DNA of 63,799 bases, filler included, from 11 parts of 11 records of this genome joined end to end with filler, not necessarily neighbours in it, one strand, 5' to 3'. Positions 47,845-60,215 are shown, numbered from the whole stretch's first letter. Numbers and translations: made by a program. The notes: generated by a model not told the origin, from the letters alone.

Positions 47845-48804
47845 TCACGGACTCTGATTGACCTTCGTGACGCCGGCCACGGGCACCGCCACCGGCTGCT
47901 GTTCAGGCTGCACAGCGACAGCGACTGCCTGCACAGGAACAGCCACTGCCTGCACTGGAACAGCCATCGCCTCCAGTGGCACCCTTTGGACAGGCATAGT
48001 TTGGATGGGCATGGCTTGACCGGGGTGCCCGCTCTGAGGCCAAGCACTTGCTGTGGGTGGTAATCCTGTCGGATTCTGTGCAGTAATCGTGCCCTCCGCA
48101 ACCTGGTTCCCTAGAGACACAGCGGCGTGAGCGAGCCACAGGTTTAGTCCCAACGCAATCCCAACGTTGAACAACGTCTCGCCTCTCAAGATGCTGAAAA
48201 ACCCGCTGATCACACACATGGTCGCCCACGTAACTCCGAACCTCTTGATCTTTGGACCGTTGAATGCCCGAATAGCCATCAAACCCCAGGCCGCCACACC
48301 AGCGCCGATCAAGTAACCAGCAGCGCCGCCGATCGCGTCACCAAGGCAATGACTCGAGTCGGCTTCAGCTACAAAAGGATTTCCTGCCTGATCAGTCTTG
48401 GGTGTTTCGGCGGTCACACACTTGTAGTTTGGGCAATTATCGTAGGACGTTGGCTGCGTTGTGGGCTCGAAGCCGTCCACGCACGTCGCATACTCCGGGT
48501 CCATCCACTCGTTCCCGCGCGTGTTGGCGCAGCAGTCTTGAGCGCTGTCCGTGCAGAGTTCGTTGGGAGGCAGGCCGCACCAAAACTCGGACACGCCGAA
48601 GTGGACTCCGAGCAGCGCAAAGGCACCGAAGCAGTTGAGCGTCAGCAGCACGATCGTCCACGCCTGTCCAATACCCCGCGCGCATCAACACACCATAGTT
48701 ATTGGCAGGGGTGGGTGGAGTGTTTTGTGTGTACTATACATGTGTACACGCACGAATACACCTTGATAAATCAAGCAGCAGCAGCACTGCTTCGGAGGGC
48801 ACAT
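47845..48804 (-). CDS. Small four-TM membrane protein with N-terminal CCCC and Pro/Val/Gln-rich tail
   Basis: Exon 1 MCPPKQCCCCLIYQGVF joins via intron 48664-48753 (GTGCGT donor) to AWTIVLLTLN. Four hydrophobic segments and a Cys-rich luminal loop. Confidence 0.7.
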
Positions 48805-49051
48805 CTACCGCTCAAGACGTTTGTGTCGGTACCACTACCAGCTGCCACCACGGCACGGCAGCTATAGGGAGCGCCGCGCGAGCACTCTCCACGCGTCCCG
48901 CGCGCTCGATCAACCGGCGCGCCCGGCTACGTGTGTGTACACTGTCGTGTACAGTGTACAGCTGTCGACACGCGCGTGCGTGTGTATCCTTGGAGCCGAC
49001 TTATCCTACGAACGACATTTGTTTGCATTTCCAACCCATGCGCCGGCTATT

Positions 49052-49151
49052 NNNNNNNNNNNNNNNNNNNNNNNNNNNNNNNNNNNNNNNNNNNNTTAAT
49101 TAATTAANNNNNNNNNNNNNNNNNNNNNNNNNNNNNNNNNNNNNNNNNNNN
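49052..49151. other. Artificial contig linker
   Basis: N44-TTAATTAATTAA-N44. Confidence 0.98.
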
Positions 49152-49289
49152 GGGGCTCGATTGCGGCATTCTCACAATACCACAATACACCTCAAGGCAC
49201 TAGAGTACTCGCGATCAAAACGCAACTTGTGTCACGCTCAGTGACTCACTTGCATTCTGCACTGCTGGTGCCGGTTTACAGCGTTGCTG

Positions 49290-49555
49290 GTACAGTACGG
49301 CAGTACTACTAGTAGCTAGAGTACTGTAGGAAGTTCGATTTTGTACATGATCATGTACGAACTGTACAGGCTACAGCTGTACTACTAGTACTATTCATAG
49401 TAGCTAGTATTCTCTTTACCTACTGTAGTACAGTGTGCTGGTACTACGGTACATGTATGTACTATAGATGTAGCATGGTATAGTCGTACTATCTATAGTA
49501 CCGGTACTATTCGAATATGAATAGTACATTACATACTATGAATAGTATGTGAATG
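49290..49555. repeat. AT-rich, GTAC/TAGTA-dense low-complexity region with short inverted repeats
   Basis: Examples: GTACTATTC-gaatat-GAATAGTAC (49504-49527) and ACATACTA-tgaa-TAGTATGT (49531-49550). Confidence 0.7.
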
Positions 49556-49902
49556 AAGTCAACAAAGCAGTAAGCACTGAGACGGCAGTAAGGACCGACG
49601 GGGGTACCACCAGTTTGCGGCGGTAGCAACCCTGGGGCGGCTGGGCATAAGCGAGCTCGTGCGTGGTGGAGCCGAGGGGGAAAGAGAAGGCCACGGTCTT
49701 GCGACCGATACGGGCGCAGGTCTCAGCGTCACTAGAGCACAAGGCCAGCTTAGAAGCTAGGCACGCACCAGAAAGGGATGTATGTGCTGGCGTGTGGAGC
49801 CAGCTTGTACCCCTGTTGAGGCCTCCTGCAGCTGGCGTGTGGCTGGGTGTCGCACCATATTGTGATGTGAGGGCCCTAGGTGGCCTCAGCCTCTCGGCCC
49901 AC

Positions 49903-52900
49903 ATGGATCACCCCACCGCACAGGGTGACACCCCTGCTATCCCTCCCATATATGGCATGGTAGGTAGAGATGGCTTGCAAGCGTTCGCAGGCACCCTTCG
50001 GATGCCCTCGGGCAGGGACAAGGCCAAGGGAAGTGTCGATAGTGAGCGAAGCTGCCACACTCCAGCGAAGGCTGCGCAGCCAGGCGGTGAGCTTGGGGGC
50101 GATCCAATGTTTTCGCAAGAATCTCCAGGCGGCCACATGGCCTCTGTTGTGGCAGGCCGTGCATACGCTCAGGGGCGTACTGGTACTACTGTAAATGCGT
50201 TGGCCACCGCAGGTGGAGCACAGCGGTGGTCCACTTTTGACGTGGAGGATAGTGCTACTACCGCGCGAGACCAGGAGGAAGAGACAAAACGACCGTGCTC
50301 TGCAACCTTCTTGTCGCTCTGCTCGATCAGCTTGATCGCAGCAACCGTAGCGTCGTCGGCTATGGGAATGACGGGTCTACCCTCACTGATTCGCCGAGAT
50401 CAGCAGTACGGAAATGGATTCGGTACGCTTGGGATGCTGGGCGTGAAACATCTAGACTACTGGTCTGGATCGACTTGGCCTGACAACGCTGGCAATTACG
50501 CAGTTTCTGGCTGGATGCCTCCTCCACCACCCCCGCCTCCACTTCCGCCACCGGTGTGTCCGTACGACACAGCATGCTGCGAGTTTACGGGCGGCGTGTG
50601 GACCATCCGTGACTGTGACGGAACGTGCGTATCGCCTGCTTTGTGGGGGGATGGGACTTGCGACTTCCGGTTTGCTTGCAACGAACTGCAGTTGGATCGC
50701 GGTGATTGTCGTTTCGCAGATGCGAACGGGGACTTCCCGCCAGGTCCACCACCGTCGCCACCTCAGAACGCATCTGTACCAACCCCGGCCCCGGTCATTA
50801 ACACTCCATCGACAGCCCAACCGCCCCCGTCCCCATCAACGACAGATACGCCACCGCCGTTACCAACTGTCTGCATTGACCGATATTCGAACTGTGCAGC
50901 GACCGTGGCGGCTTACACGTGCGACATGGATTTGGCGGATCTGGGTGAGAACTCGCACGAACTTCTGTCGTATGCGTGCTGTGGGACGTGCACGGGCAAC
51001 GGATTAATCTTTCAGACACCGGAGCCCGAGCCGGAGCCCGAGCGGCGACCAGAAACAGCTCTCACGGAAACGTGCGGTCAAACATCCGCTAATACACAGT
51101 ACCAAGGAGTTCAGCTTGACACCATTCTGACGTCAGACTTGACAGCGTGCTGTCATCTATGTTTGCTGAACTCAGCTTGTATGGGCTGGACTCAATTAGA
51201 CTCTCAGTGTACGCTGTTTTCATCAGTTGATCGCAGCGTCATGGCTCGACGCAATGCTATTTCCGGCCGGAACAAATGCTGGATTGACATGAACGAGGCG
51301 TACGCACGCTGTTGTGCAGACGTTGGTGTGGACTGCGGGACTGTTTTGCCGACGACGTGCAGCGACGAGTGTGATGATGCTTTAAGAACGTTCTTCCAAA
51401 GTTGCGAGCCGTACTCATACACTCGGCTCCCTAGTATGTTTACGAACCTTGTGGGGATGTGCCAGTCACACGAACACTCATTACCGGGATGCACGGACCC
51501 TCACGCGCTGAATTACAACGCAAGGGCCAGCGTGGACGACGGATCTTGCACAGGGGTGCTGACGCAGCACGCAACTCTTCCACTTGCCCCTCCTCCCCCA
51601 GGTCAGTTTCCTGGCTGCCCCTATGAGTACTGCTGCGGCGGTGCCAGTCTGTCTGGGTGGCTTGTACTAGACTGTCAAGGGAACTGCATACCCATAGCAG
51701 GTGTTTTCAACAACGTATGCGACGATGAGTTCAACTGCGATACATACAATAATGACAGAGGACACTGTGTGCCTCCAGCAGACGCAGTATTACCAGCAGC
51801 TCCTACGAGCAGTTGGGATTATTGCACGGTCGATGACGACCAGGAGGACTACTGTGTTGAGTTCGTTTCACACTGCAACACTCCCGACATTCGCCAGCGA
51901 TGCCCCACGACGTGCTCGTTCGGGAGCTATGCTCCAGAGTGTGCAGATCCATGTCGCTGCACGGTCAATGGCTTGAGCGGATCTGACGCAGTTTCAGGAA
52001 CTGGTTGTGGGTTTTTTAGCCCCGACCTGGATCCGTTTTGCTTCGTTCAGGATCCACAGAACTGCCAGTCGGCTCTTCCATCTAGCTTGCTTAATATGCA
52101 TGTCGATAGCCATGTAGAGTGGCGGTACTGCAGCCCTACTCAGGAAAATGGCTTTTCTGCAACCTGTTTCGACAACTTACAAAATGGAGACGAGACTTGT
52201 ACAGACGGTGGCGGATCGTGTCCACCATGCGCTTGCCCGGTCGGTGATATTGCATGCCTCTGTCACGACGGGATGCTCAGCCCTGGCGAACAGATCGTCG
52301 ACTGCGGAGGGCCGTGCAATCCATGTGCGTGTACATTTCAAGTATTCGGTACCGGTACACCCTCGACCACCGACTCCGCGTTTGCCATTGATGGCGATTA
52401 CACGCAGATCCGCCAGACCAATACGTTCAGTAGCCTTGATGGTACCACCAACGTGACATGGAGCGCTGGGCTATGGGTTATATCTACTGCAAGTGCAGGC
52501 CAAATCTATAGCCGTGCTGGAGCTTCTGGATTGCCTCCTGCCTGCGGCTGGAGAAGACTGCCGTACGATCAAGTTGTACAAAGCGACCTGCCTTCCTTTG
52601 GTCCCTGCGACGGTGATGCACCACAATGTTCTGCGTGCATCGTCAGCAACGGAAATGGAGATCCTGCTTGCGGAGGACCATGTGATCCGTGCCCTAGTTG
52701 CTGGGACGGAGTTCGTAACCAAGAGGAGGTCGGCATTGACTGTGGTGGGCCGTGCGACGCGTGTGCTCCGATGTGCTCGGATGGCCAGATGAATGGGGAT
52801 GAGGAAAGCGTAGACTGTGGTGGCGTTTGTGCAAATTGCCCTACTTGCCACGATGGAATCCAAAACCAAGGTGAGCTCGGGGTGGACTGTGGCGGACCGT

Positions 52901-53715
52901 GCCCATCTACGTGCGGTGCATGTCAGTGCACCACAACCGGCAGATCTGCTGGTGTCGAGGTGGGATATGCTGGTTGTGGCACATGGCAGAATTCAGCGGA
53001 CCCCATCTGCTACGTCGTGGACCCAGTCAACTGTCCTGCGATGACCCCATCTCGTAGCCACCCTGGCACTGGCTGGCGCTACTGTGACCCACACACTGGT
53101 GGGATGGTGAGCTGCTATGACGGGTACCAAGGTGAAGGTGAGGAGGGCGTTGATTGTGGAGGGCCGTGCGAAGCATGTCCAACCTGTGCTGACGGAGTAC
53201 AGAACGGCGATGAAGAAGGCACTGACTGTGGCGGAACCGACTGTCATCCGTGCACCCTTTCTTGCCCAGCCGGTCAACATTTTGCGCGCTCGCAATTGGC
53301 CTGCATTGACAACGATGACTGGTGCACTTTGCAATGGGGTCCCTCGTGGTTCGAGGCCATCCTAAATGTTTGCATTTGCAACAGTGGCTATAGTCCAGGT
53401 AGACGACAGGGACCTTGCGTCCCTACACAGTGCACAGACAATGTGTTTGGACAAGGTGAGGATTCGAAGGACTGCGGTGGGCCCTGCGAGCCTTGTGACC
53501 CGTGCACTTGTTCCAACACGGGCATATCGGGAGGCGTGGAGACTAGCCACATCGGTTGTGCGCACCATGTGCGGGACTACAATTACTGCTACGTTTTGCA
53601 GCCAGATCGCTGCCTGGCAGCCAACCCTATCACGATCGCTGGGGTCGCTGGAGCTGGCTGGAGGAGCTGCATTCCAGCAGTTGAGGCCGATGGAGGACCC
53701 TCACAAGGGCGCTAG
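49903..53715 (+). CDS. Large Cys-rich type II membrane/surface protein (LNR-like, ShK-like, PAN/apple-like, GCTD..A.NY, NGDExGVDCGG repeats)
   Basis: Intronless ORF with one hydrophobic anchor (FLSLCSISLIAATVASSAMGM). LNR-like GDGTCD..FAC..L..DRGDC occurs twice, and about eight (N)G.E..xDCGG.C..C repeats follow. Start codon is uncertain. Confidence 0.82.
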   Translation: MDHPTAQGDTPAIPPIYGMVGRDGLQAFAGTLRMPSGRDKAKGSVDSERSCHTPAKAAQPGGELGGDPMFSQESPGGHMASVVAGRAYAQGRTGTTVNALATAGGAQRWSTFDVEDSATTARDQEEETKRPCSATFLSLCSISLIAATVASSAMGMTGLPSLIRRDQQYGNGFGTLGMLGVKHLDYWSGSTWPDNAGNYAVSGWMPPPPPPPPLPPPVCPYDTACCEFTGGVWTIRDCDGTCVSPALWGDGTCDFRFACNELQLDRGDCRFADANGDFPPGPPPSPPQNASVPTPAPVINTPSTAQPPPSPSTTDTPPPLPTVCIDRYSNCAATVAAYTCDMDLADLGENSHELLSYACCGTCTGNGLIFQTPEPEPEPERRPETALTETCGQTSANTQYQGVQLDTILTSDLTACCHLCLLNSACMGWTQLDSQCTLFSSVDRSVMARRNAISGRNKCWIDMNEAYARCCADVGVDCGTVLPTTCSDECDDALRTFFQSCEPYSYTRLPSMFTNLVGMCQSHEHSLPGCTDPHALNYNARASVDDGSCTGVLTQHATLPLAPPPPGQFPGCPYEYCCGGASLSGWLVLDCQGNCIPIAGVFNNVCDDEFNCDTYNNDRGHCVPPADAVLPAAPTSSWDYCTVDDDQEDYCVEFVSHCNTPDIRQRCPTTCSFGSYAPECADPCRCTVNGLSGSDAVSGTGCGFFSPDLDPFCFVQDPQNCQSALPSSLLNMHVDSHVEWRYCSPTQENGFSATCFDNLQNGDETCTDGGGSCPPCACPVGDIACLCHDGMLSPGEQIVDCGGPCNPCACTFQVFGTGTPSTTDSAFAIDGDYTQIRQTNTFSSLDGTTNVTWSAGLWVISTASAGQIYSRAGASGLPPACGWRRLPYDQVVQSDLPSFGPCDGDAPQCSACIVSNGNGDPACGGPCDPCPSCWDGVRNQEEVGIDCGGPCDACAPMCSDGQMNGDEESVDCGGVCANCPTCHDGIQNQGELGVDCGGPCPSTCGACQCTTTGRSAGVEVGYAGCGTWQNSADPICYVVDPVNCPAMTPSRSHPGTGWRYCDPHTGGMVSCYDGYQGEGEEGVDCGGPCEACPTCADGVQNGDEEGTDCGGTDCHPCTLSCPAGQHFARSQLACIDNDDWCTLQWGPSWFEAILNVCICNSGYSPGRRQGPCVPTQCTDNVFGQGEDSKDCGGPCEPCDPCTCSNTGISGGVETSHIGCAHHVRDYNYCYVLQPDRCLAANPITIAGVAGAGWRSCIPAVEADGGPSQGR

Positions 53716-53977
53716 GGTGTGCATAGCCCTAGCACAGTGCCGCTTGCATAATTATGATGCTTGCAGCAACCTAGGAAGTGTGCACACTCGCATCATCGCC
53801 GGTGCTGGGCAAGTGTTCTGTTCATATCAAATCATCTACACGATTGTACTGCAGCTCTACAGTACCAAGTAGTCCAGGCATCCAATCGTGGTGTAGAGAA
53901 AATAACTCAGTTGTCGCCAGCAGGTAGAGACTGGTGTCATCTGCTCTCCCGTGGCAGCACACTACACCGCGCGCGCC

Positions 53978-55970
53978 TCATCTGACACCTCCACCGCGAT
54001 AACCCATGTGATGACCTCGGCCTCGGCCTCGGCCTCGGCCGCCTCCTCTACCTCTTCCTGTGGCTCCTCGCCCATCATCCTGGTCGTTGTTCACCGGATT
54101 CGAAACACTAGCGTAGTCTGCATGCTGGTGAGCATAGCCGTATTCCCCCGTAGCTCCGGCTGCGACGTTCGCGTAGGGCGCCTGCCCAGCTCTGTGCGTT
54201 TCCTGTCGCTGCTGTGGCTGTGACGCATTGCCGACCGCGCCGGGACCGCTAGCGACATACCTTCCTTCCGTCGCGAAGCCGGCACCAGCCCCAGCTCCGC
54301 CGCTCACAGGCTGTCCAGGAGATGGACCTGTCCGCCGCGGGAACATATCCGGGAAGCGCTTCTGTAGCTTCTGCCGAATGCGTTTCCCGTACACTGTTCG
54401 CATCAGTGCCTCTACCTGCGGCTTGATGCGCTCGCCAATCTTTAGAGCCTCCTCATCACTGCATGACTCAAGAATGCCTTGGACGACGTAGTTGCCGTAC
54501 GGATCGCCGACGAGCGACTCTAGCTGACCGGGCACCATGATCTCAAGCATGGCCACAGCGAGAGCGTCCGAGCCTGCCTTGACTACACACTTCTCGACGA
54601 CGTTTGAACCAAACTTTTCGCGAGCAAGGTCAGCAAAGTGCCCAACCATTTGGTCAACAATTGCGACCGACGATTCCTCGAAGCCAAGCTCCAGCACGTA
54701 TTGAACGATGTAGTTGCCGAATGCATCTTGGATGAGCGGGAGCGCATTCACAGCTACGCGATCTGATACCAGGCGTGCCTGCTCTTCTGTCGCGTAGTCC
54801 AGGCAGCGCTGCAGCATCGAGCAGCCATATTTGTGTCGAGCAATATCCATGATGTCAACAGTGAGTGCTTCGTAAATGAACTGGTTGTCCGCTGGCGTCA
54901 GTGTCTGCAGACAGTACTTAACAACGTGGTTGCCGTTTGGGCACTTGGTGAGCTCCACGACCTGTTCAGTGAGCTTTTGTTTCACAATCGTGATTTGTTC
55001 TTCGCTGTCGAGGCTTTCAACGAGTTTTTGGATGGTCCAGGTGCCAAATCGGCTCTTCGAAACGTCAACCAGCTGGGATGCCACTTCGCGAAGGACCTCA
55101 GTGCGCTCCGCCTCAGTACACAGCTCGACGAGCCTCCGCGTAAGATGCGAGCCGTATTTATTCATCATAACCTGTGAGAGAATGCCTTTCAACTCAAGCA
55201 AGGTCGTCTTGACGTATTCAGGTTTGCATTCGTCCAGTCGCGCCTGGAGTGCGATGCTTCCATGCTGAGTGAACGCTAGTGTCGCGATGCGCCCAACAAG
55301 CTCCTCCCATGGAACGTGCTGGGCGTCGCGCCCAAACGTGAATTGTGCGCCTTCGTCCTGATCAAACTCCTCGTAGTAGCCGTACCCGGCCCCGTACCCT
55401 CCGCGGAAGCCGCCGCGACCTCCTCCATGTCGCCTGTCACGCCGACTGTGGTATCCACGGTTGTACTGGTTGTATTGTGGATACGGAACTCCCGGCATTC
55501 CACCCATGGTGTAAATCCACCCAAACTGAGGGTGGTACGTCGGAATTGGTTGCATTGCCGATTGCTGATCGTCTGGCCCACCCGGCGGCGGTGCCATCCA
55601 TTGTCCAGCTGTGAACACGTGCGCAAAGCGCTGGGTTAACGACAGCCGCGGACCAAGAGCGACACGGGGGGGAGGAGGGGGAGGAGAGACGAATCGTGCG
55701 CTCAGAGCGACGCACTACCTGGAATGAATCCGTCCGGAGTCATCATGCCCATCATGCCCCCGGGCATCACGGGCTGAAAACCCGGTGGGGGCTGACCCTG
55801 CATCTGGTTCCACCCGGGTTGTGCCCCCGCCCCCGCTCCTGCCGCGTTCGCATCCGTACCGGCCGTGGCTCCCGACCCAGCCTGGCTGGAGCGCTCCGGC
55901 GGCCCTGCCTCCTCAGCAGCGCTCGAGGATTCTGCAGTAGCCGCAGCCACAGCCACAGCCACAGCCGCAG
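53978..55970 (-). CDS. Pumilio/PUF RNA-binding protein, 5'-truncated
   Basis: Eight PUF repeats (TQHGSIALQ, NKYGSHLTR, SRFGTWTIQ, CPNGNHVVK, HKYGCSMLQR, DAFGNYIVQY, EKFGSNVVEK, DPYGNYVVQ). RGG tail; intron at ~55609-55715. Confidence 0.93.
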
Positions 55971-56070
55971 NNNNNNNNNNNNNNNNNNNNNNNNNNNNNN
56001 NNNNNNNNNNNNNNTTAATTAATTAANNNNNNNNNNNNNNNNNNNNNNNNNNNNNNNNNNNNNNNNNNNN
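55971..56070. other. Artificial contig linker
   Basis: N44-TTAATTAATTAA-N44. Confidence 0.98.
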
Positions 56071-56220
56071 CGATCCGCACGCTACAACTGTGTAGTTCTG
56101 CAATTACAATTTCGTATACTATACAGTTGTACAGAATGTCTGCAACTACCAATTCAGAATTGATCAAGTACCAAACTGGAGCTGAATTGATCTCAGCATG
56201 ATCTGAGGAACATTTCCTGA

Positions 56221-56236
56221 GACAATCTGGGCACTG
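56221..56236 (+). promoter_or_regulatory. Conserved promoter-region motif copy (GACAATCTGGGCACTG)
   Basis: One mismatch in the core, ~134 bp upstream of ATG 56370. Confidence 0.55.
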
Positions 56237-56369
56237 CATTGAAATTCATGAACCTCCGGGGTCTGAGTTTCAGGAATTGAGTGAGGTGTTGAGTATCATC
56301 TCGATAGCAGCTGCAGGCAGATGGAACTTCCTTCCTGCGGTAGGCTGACCGTCGGCACGCCACTGCGGG

Positions 56370-59300
56370 ATGTCTTGTGGGGGCACCTTCTCCACCGATC
56401 CCGCGCTCACCGGTTGCACGCACGAGCTACGTGAAACACAGGACGACCCGCTGACGGAGCGGTCGAAGCTCACGCCCGAGCTGCTGAAGGCGCTCCCCAA
56501 GGCTCACCTGCACTGTCACCTCGATGGGTGCATGCGCCCGGCGACGCTCATCGAGCTTGCGTCGGAGCTCAACATCACGCATACAGCCGAAGGCCTCGAG
56601 TTACCAACGACCGCACAGACTGCGGAGGCGATCATGCGGGCACCTAAGGAGTGCGACTCGCTTGTCCAGTACCTGAAGGCGTTCGACGTCTCTCTGTCAG
56701 TGATGCAGCACGCCAACGCATTGCGCCGGATCGTGGTTGAGGTGTGTGAGGACGCTGTGGCTGATGGTGTGCGGTATATCGAGCTGAGATTTGCCCCAAT
56801 GCTTCACACGAACGCTGGCTTAACGCTCGGTGAGGTGATGGATGCCGTGCTGGACGGGAAAGCGCACGCCGAGCTGACGCTGCCCGTCGTTGTTGGCATG
56901 ATCGTCTGTGGAATCCGACATTTTGATCCTGCTGTGGTCGAGCAACAGGCATCACTCGCCTGGCGCTACCGAGACCGTGGTGTTGTTGGCTTCGATCTCG
57001 CCGGACCTGAATCTGGGTTCTCCTCTCTCTTGCACGAGCGCGCCTTCGATATGGTGCGAAAGGGCCGGCTGAACTGCACACTGCACTCTGCTGAGGCAGC
57101 AGACTGGCAGTCGGCACACGACTCCGTGCTACAGTGTGGGGCACAGCGCCTCGGGCACGGTGTGCGCATGGATCCAATGTACGGCGGGCCGCTCGCGATG
57201 GTTCAATGGTGTGCTGATCGTCAGATCGCTGTGGAAGTGTGTCTCACATCGAACGTGCAAACGAAGGCGATAACTAGCTTCGACCACCACCCAGTCTCAC
57301 ACTTCCTAGACGTTGGCATCCCCTGCGCCGTGTCCTGCGATAATGTGACGGTGAGCGATACTACGCTATCGAATGAGTATGTCGAGTTCTGCAAGTGGTA
57401 CAAACTCAGCCCACGCCAAATCATCCAGCTCATCGATGACAGCTTCAAAGCCACGTTCGCAAGGCCTGACATTCGGCGGTCAATGCGACGCGGTGCTTTG
57501 CTTGACGCTCTGCACCTTATGCAGAAGGCAGGGATCGATATTCAGCCAGCCATTCTCGCGATGCGTCCATTTCATGCAGATGTACTTTATCGCAGTGTCT
57601 CTGAGAGCAGCAGTGGTGGCAGCGGAGGTGGTGGTGGCAGCAGCAAGCCAGCTTTGCTAACGGCAGAGCTGCTCGCATTGTTGCCAAAAGCTGGTAATCA
57701 ATTCCTTCCATCAGAAATTGTTCGTCCATACTAGGAAAGTAAAGGAATAGCAGGGAGACATGTCGCGTTAGGCAGCTACCGGCAGTGACCGAGGCAACTA
57801 ACTTTTGTGCTGTGTGGCACTTTGCGATACTTTAGATGTCGGTCTGTGTCTAGTCGGCTCGGTGCCATTGCCTGACATGGTCGCTGAGATCGCCCTGCTG
57901 CGCGAGATGGCGTTAACCTGCGGTACTGAAGCAAAGTCGCCAGCGCAAGCACGCGCAAAGGAGCAAGCTGTGGTAATGTTTCAGGCCTTACCTGAGGCGG
58001 TGCGCACGATCGAAAGTGTTGATGACTTACTTGCGATAGAACCATGGTCGATGATTTTTGGTGGTGAGGCAGAAGACTACTCACAGGCTGTGAGAAACGA
58101 AACGCTCTCTAAATTTAGACTACACTCAGAAGAATGATATGTTTGCTAAGTCTCTCGCCAGGCAGGAACAAACACACGACGCAATTTCTTCTGGGACAGG
58201 TGCACGAAGAGTTGCAAAGAGAGGCACATCTAGTTTGCCGAATGTTGCTGCAGACTCCTGATCAGATCAATCGTGGGATAGTGGCGCTTTGCGCACAAGC
58301 GCAGTCAGAGGGTTATGTTCACGTCGAGATAGTTTGTCGGCCCACCGATCACTGCCAAGGTGGCTTGACAGCACTTGAAGCGCTTGATGTGGTGATCGAG
58401 GCAGTGCAGTCGACCACATCCCTTACTACCACCGGCGACATGACTGCTGATCAGACGGAGCTGGGCCTTGATCCCCACCTACTTGGATCTTTTACAGCCG
58501 GACTGGTAATTTCGATTGATGGTCAAACCAGTGATGCCGACGTCAATATGGAGCTAATCCGCAAAGTGATCGAAGTGCGTGGTGGATCTCCTTTCGCAGT
58601 CAAGAACCAGCGCGGGGAGCACGCAGAACCTGATGGTAGCACAACAAATGACGGTGGTGCTATACTTGCTTCGAATAGTGTCCCTAGTGTCCTTGCAGTC
58701 TCACTATCCGGAGGTGTCATCGAGCCGTCGTGGCTGGATGAGCTCAAGCGTTCACTGTGTCCGGTCGTAGTTGCGATCGGACAACAGCAAAAGGTTGAGG
58801 GCAGCGGGGATGGGAACACGCAAATTGCAAAGGTTGTCGATTCAGTGCAACTTGGAGCTGCACGCATCCGAAAGCTCTGTACGACCCTACCAGTGTTGTC
58901 AAGAGCTCTTTAGTGAGCTACGTAGCACTCTCTAGCACTGCGGGTACTAGCCAACGTGGCGTTCTACTTCGTTTCTTAGAAATAAGCTCTTCGTGCTGAA
59001 TATATAAAACCTGCTGTCGTTTTGTGCCACTGCGTTGCGGGTGCAGATACTGCCCACAAAGAACCCGAGATGCTCGATTATCTCGCAAGTCGCAGGGTTC
59101 CACTGCAACTGCAGCTCGACTCTGCATTCATGTTTCAACAAGAAGTGGGCATTGCAGGTATATCTACCGTGGCTTCACAAGACCAGGAACGACGACATGG
59201 ATCAGACCAGAAGGACTGGTGGGAGGGGGCAAGTCCGCTGAACTTTTTATTGAATATGGATGTCGCGCTGACGATAGCTTCGGGCGCAAAGGTGGTTCAT

Positions 59301-59771
59301 CGACTTGAACACCTGAGCGCGCTCTCTCAAGCAATCAGTGCAGCGAAGCGAGATTTGCCACAAAGCCTCATGTTGCTTGCAGCATCTTTTGAGCACAGCT
59401 TCTTGCCTTACCATAGACGGCGCGAGCTGCTGCACAGCTTTTGGGCGCGCGCAACAGGCAAACAGGTCTTTGGCGCGTCCGAAGGACTCACACAGCGGCC
59501 CATCATCGGTGCAACCCGGCTAAAGCACATGTGCAACCTTGCATCTGATCCGGGGCCACCTATAGGACACGAATTTTTCCAGCAGTTGGTTGGCATAGAA
59601 GGTACAGAATCGATATCTCTGTCAACACTACACCGCAAGTTAAGTGACTTGGGGTGTAGCGAGCGCGAGATCGAGTCGCTCTGCCGTTCCCTCGAAATAG
59701 ATCCCGATGGAATGCTGAAGCCTGAGTCGCTTCGAGCAGCTGCACCTGACTTCAACATGCCTGTGAGTTAG
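56370..59771 (+). CDS. Adenosine deaminase with a second, degenerate deaminase domain and EF-hand-like tail
   Basis: Domain 1: LPKAHLHCHLDG, YIELRFAP, GFDLAGPE, TLHSAE, RLGHG, EVCLTSN and SCDN. Domain 2 (introns 57694-57835, 58090-58199, 58879-59046): LPKADVGLCLVG and LGAARIRKLY, lacking the metal-binding His residues. Confidence 0.88.
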
Positions 59772-60215
59772 AGGGAGTTGGCTGAGTAGAGCCGAGTAGG
59801 TAGCTAGGAGCTGTCTAGGTGGAGTACAGCGGAGAGGAGAGCAACAGGAGGAAGAGGATTCGCGTTGAGGGACGTTGCCATCCCTGCTCGTTTAAATTGC
59901 TCTCATTGTTGAATGCAACGCTTCGCGCAACCCTTTGAACTAGCTAGCGACACACCATCACAAACCTTGTTATCACGCAGCAACCGTAGGTAGACCTTGA
60001 CCACTGTCCGAGTCGGCATCTCCTTGAACCCTGCGGCCTCGTAGGTCTTGCGGACCCAAGATTCACATGGAATCTTTGATGCTCTCAGACTCCGCGCCTT
60101 GCGCCGCGATGGTGTTCAGCAACGTAACGCTCTGGGTGGGCCCTCCGATCGTACACTCAATCTGGTGAGGGGTGGTGCTTGGCGTTGTGTGTCTCTTGGC
60201 TCAGTGTATGTGGCA

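Noticed and set aside
59900-60215. Coding-like minus-strand fragment (ESWVRKTYEAAGFKEMPTRTVVKVYLRLLRDNK)
   Set aside because: Bounded by stops with no consistent start or splice sites, and close to a contig end.
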